A stretch of DNA of 58,385 nt, taken from Chrysochromulina tobinii. Its lineage: Eukaryota. The DNA is taken from positions 1-58,385 of the forward strand of contig JWZX01003227.1 in assembly GCA_001275005.1 (NCBI GenBank), given 5' to 3'. Position 1 is the first letter of the stretch, and each line of letters starts with the position of its first letter. Both the position numbers and the translations under genes were made by a program. The notes beneath the pieces were generated by a model. The model was not told the DNA's origin, made no database searches, and worked only from the letters and a program-made list of their open reading frames with translations. Shown piece by piece: positions 55,891-58,385 of the stretch.

Positions 55891-58385
55891 TCAGAGCTCG
55901 GCTAGCCGACTGAGCGCCGCTACCTCAGGCGACTGGGACTGCCACGCCTGCTCGATGCGCTCCTGACAGCGCACCCACGCAGGCAACGGAACGGTGCCGT
56001 CCGCATTCGTCTCGTCCACAGCACGCAGGATGTGGCGCCCTTCCTGCTCGAGGAGTGCCTTCCGATGAGGGATGCAATCAGAGGCCATCAGCGGCCATCA
56101 GCGGTCATCAGCGCACCTGCTCGAGAAGTGCGTGCAGCTGCGTGCGTCGCTTCGCGTCCCACTCGCGCGCGATTGTCGAGTATGACGGGCCCGCCGTGTG
56201 GTCCGCCTCCAAGAAGGCGAGGAAGGCCTCCGGGTGAGCACCAGCGCCTTCGAGCAGCATCCGAAAGCGCATTGTGAATAGCTCACACACGCATTCGGCA
56301 ATCTCGGCGCCGTGGCGCGAGTCGCTCGTGAGTGCCGAGAGCACACGCACGATGAGGAGGCGCGTCTCCGTAACGGCTGCCGGTGTAACGGCTGCCGGTG
56401 TAACGGCTGCCGGTGTAACGGCTGCCGGTGTAACGGCTGCCGGTGTAACGGCTGCCGGTGCGACTGGTGTAACGGCTGCCGGTGCGACTGGTCCCAAGAG
56501 CGGGCGCAGCAGCAGCACGAGGCCGCCCAGTCGGAGGAAAGCGAGCACCGCGGCCGGCGAGCGGCGCACAAGGTCGACGACGAGGCCCAGCGAGCCGGCG
56601 GCCAGCGTTGGGGTGCGCGTGCTCAACGCGACGAGGCCCAGCAGATGAGCGCCCTTGACCGACGAGGCGAACTCGATGGCGCCCACGACGGCGCCGCCTG
56701 GCTTGGAGAGGGCCTGCAGCACCTGCAGCACGAGTGAGAGCACCGAGAGCGGCATCGGCGAGCGCACGCTACCGAAGAAGAAGTCGGCCGCCGCGACGCA
56801 CGCGCGGTGCGTGCACAGGGACGCATGCAGCGTGAGGAGCTGCAGCAGTGCCTTCCACATCAGGGCCGCGTGACGCCCCAGGCGCACAACGGCCGTCTCG
56901 GCATCGAGCGCGTCGTCCTGGGCGCATATCGCGTCGTCCTGGGCATATAACGCGTCGTCCTGGGCGCCTCGGGCGCTCGTGGCCGCCGCCTCCTCCTCCT
57001 CCTCCTCCTCGGCCTCGATTGCAAATCGTGGCTGCGAAGCGCTCATCACGGCGCTGTGGAGCGGGCGAGACAGGTCCCGAAGCGCCGTGATGAGCGCCAC
57101 CAGGAAGTGGCCGGCCGCCGCTGCCGTCGCGAACGAGAACTTGCCGTCCGCGGCCACGAAGGGCTCGAGGAACAAGCCGCCCACATTGAGGTCCGTCTCG
57201 GCTGCCGCGAGCTTCGCAAGCAGTGCGGTGGGCGCCCAGCACGGCGCCCAGCCCACGTCACTCCTCACCGGCGCCGTGCTGGGCGCCGTACTGAGCGCCG
57301 TCCTGAGCGCCGTGCTGGGCGCCGTGCTGGGCCCGCCGCCGCGACCGTCGCCCACTCCGAGCAACTCGACGATCGGGCCCAGCTCGTCCTCCTCGAGATC
57401 ACATCGGAGATTACATCGGAGGTTGCATCGGAGCGACTCGACGATCGGGCTCAGCTCGTCCTCGAGGGCTAGGCGGAGCCGCGACCGCCGCTCGGCGTGC
57501 CAGATCAGGAGCGGGTTGGAATGATTCGCGTCGAGCTGAGCGAGCAGCGCGCTCGCCTCCCCAAAAGACATGCACGCGAGCTCATCCACAAACTGCGGCG
57601 ATTAGTGGCAATTATTGGCAGTCAGTGGCAACTGGTGGAAATTAGTGACAATTAGAGGCGATTAGTGGCAATTAGAGGCAATTAGAGGCAATCAGTGGCG
57701 CCCACCTGCGGCGCGAGGCAGCGATCGAGGAGCTCTTCCGCCGCAGGGCCCACGGTGGCGTCGGCGAGCAGTGCGCAGAGAGTGTCGACTGCCGCCGCGC
57801 GCACTTCGATCGAGGCGCCTTGGAGGAGCGGGTCGGGGAGCGGGTCGGGGGGCGGGTCGGGGGGCGGGTCGGGGGGCGGGTCGGTGGGGGCGATCGGGTC
57901 GGTGGGGGAGGTCGGGGAGGGGCTCTCCGGCAAGTAGTCGAGCAGTAACGTGGAATGGCCAAGGACATGGAAGAGACACGAGAGCACGACTCCTCCGCGC
58001 ACCACCGCCTCCGCCACGCTCACAACGGCGCCATTTGGCCCGACCGCACCACTGGGCCCGACCGGTGCGTTGTCTCGCCGGTCGCTCAGCACGGCGCGAG
58101 GCGGGCGCTCAGTACGGCGCCACGGGCGCTCCGACGAGGCGCCGTCCTGAGCGCCCGTGCTCTCGAGCCTGATGAGGGCGGCAATCAGGCGCAGCGTGCC
58201 CGCACGCCCCCTCGGGGGTAGTGGTGCGTGCGTGTAAGAGCACGTGGAGCCGCGGGAGCGCCTGCAGTGCGAAGCGCACGGCCGCGTCGCGCGCCGTCGT
58301 GAGCGCCCCGGAGGCCGCTCGCGCTGTCTCGGGCGCATCGGCCGTCGCGGCGGCGCGCGCCGTCGTGAGCGCGGTGGGCGTGGGT
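55891..58385 (-). CDS. 5'-partial helical-repeat protein resembling the RME-8/DNAJC13 C-terminal region; introns 57593-57705 and 56044-56116
   Basis: LDANHSNPLLIW and LNVGGLFLEPF resemble RME-8 NPxLIW and ELxVGxxF segments; two introns join three ORFs in frame; upstream exon structure unresolved. Confidence 0.55.
56044..56116 (-). other. 73-nt GT-AG decamer-repeat intron with a 14/15-nt direct exon-end duplication
   Basis: Exon end GCACTTCTCGAGCAG versus intron end GCACTCCTCGAGCAG. Confidence 0.9.
57593..57705 (-). other. 113-nt GT-AG intron almost entirely of 10-nt repeats, with an 8-nt direct duplication
   Basis: About ten CTAATTGCCW/CTGATTGCCT units; CGCCGCAG ends both the exon and the intron. 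Confidence 0.9.

Noticed and set aside
57601..57700. Decamer arrays as CRISPR or telomeric repeats
   Set aside because: No unique spacers or cas genes, not TTAGGG-like, and they lie inside introns with splice sites.

Overview
GC-rich, gene-dense eukaryotic nuclear DNA with short spliceosomal introns. The organism is inferred to be a haptophyte alga, possibly Chrysochromulina-like, from bipartite plastid-targeting leaders, ciliary genes and composition; no database search was run. About 29 protein-coding genes can be read, including DDX41, NFRKB, NadD, an MsrB-MsrA fusion, GSA/hemL, an SNF2 ATPase, TTLL1, BBS10, ENY2, ATG18, TAF2, an IF2-like GTPase, SNAPC3, SWEET, a dual-specificity phosphatase and a HAD hydrolase. 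Four signals stand out. (1) A recurrent class of 73-113 nt introns is filled with 10-nt tandem repeats and/or a shared palindromic motif, and most carry a direct (once inverted) copy of the adjacent exon end, which supplies or abuts a splice site. They look like products of an ongoing intron-generating process. (2) One gene encodes an ATG1/ULK kinase domain embedded in an ATG11/FIP200-like scaffold, whose Claw domain appears only after one such intron is spliced. (3) There is an endogenised CRESS-DNA-virus Rep endonuclease domain. (4) A small, disordered, plastid-targeted protein carries three EACTMGGGR repeats. No rRNA, tRNA or CRISPR array was recognised.
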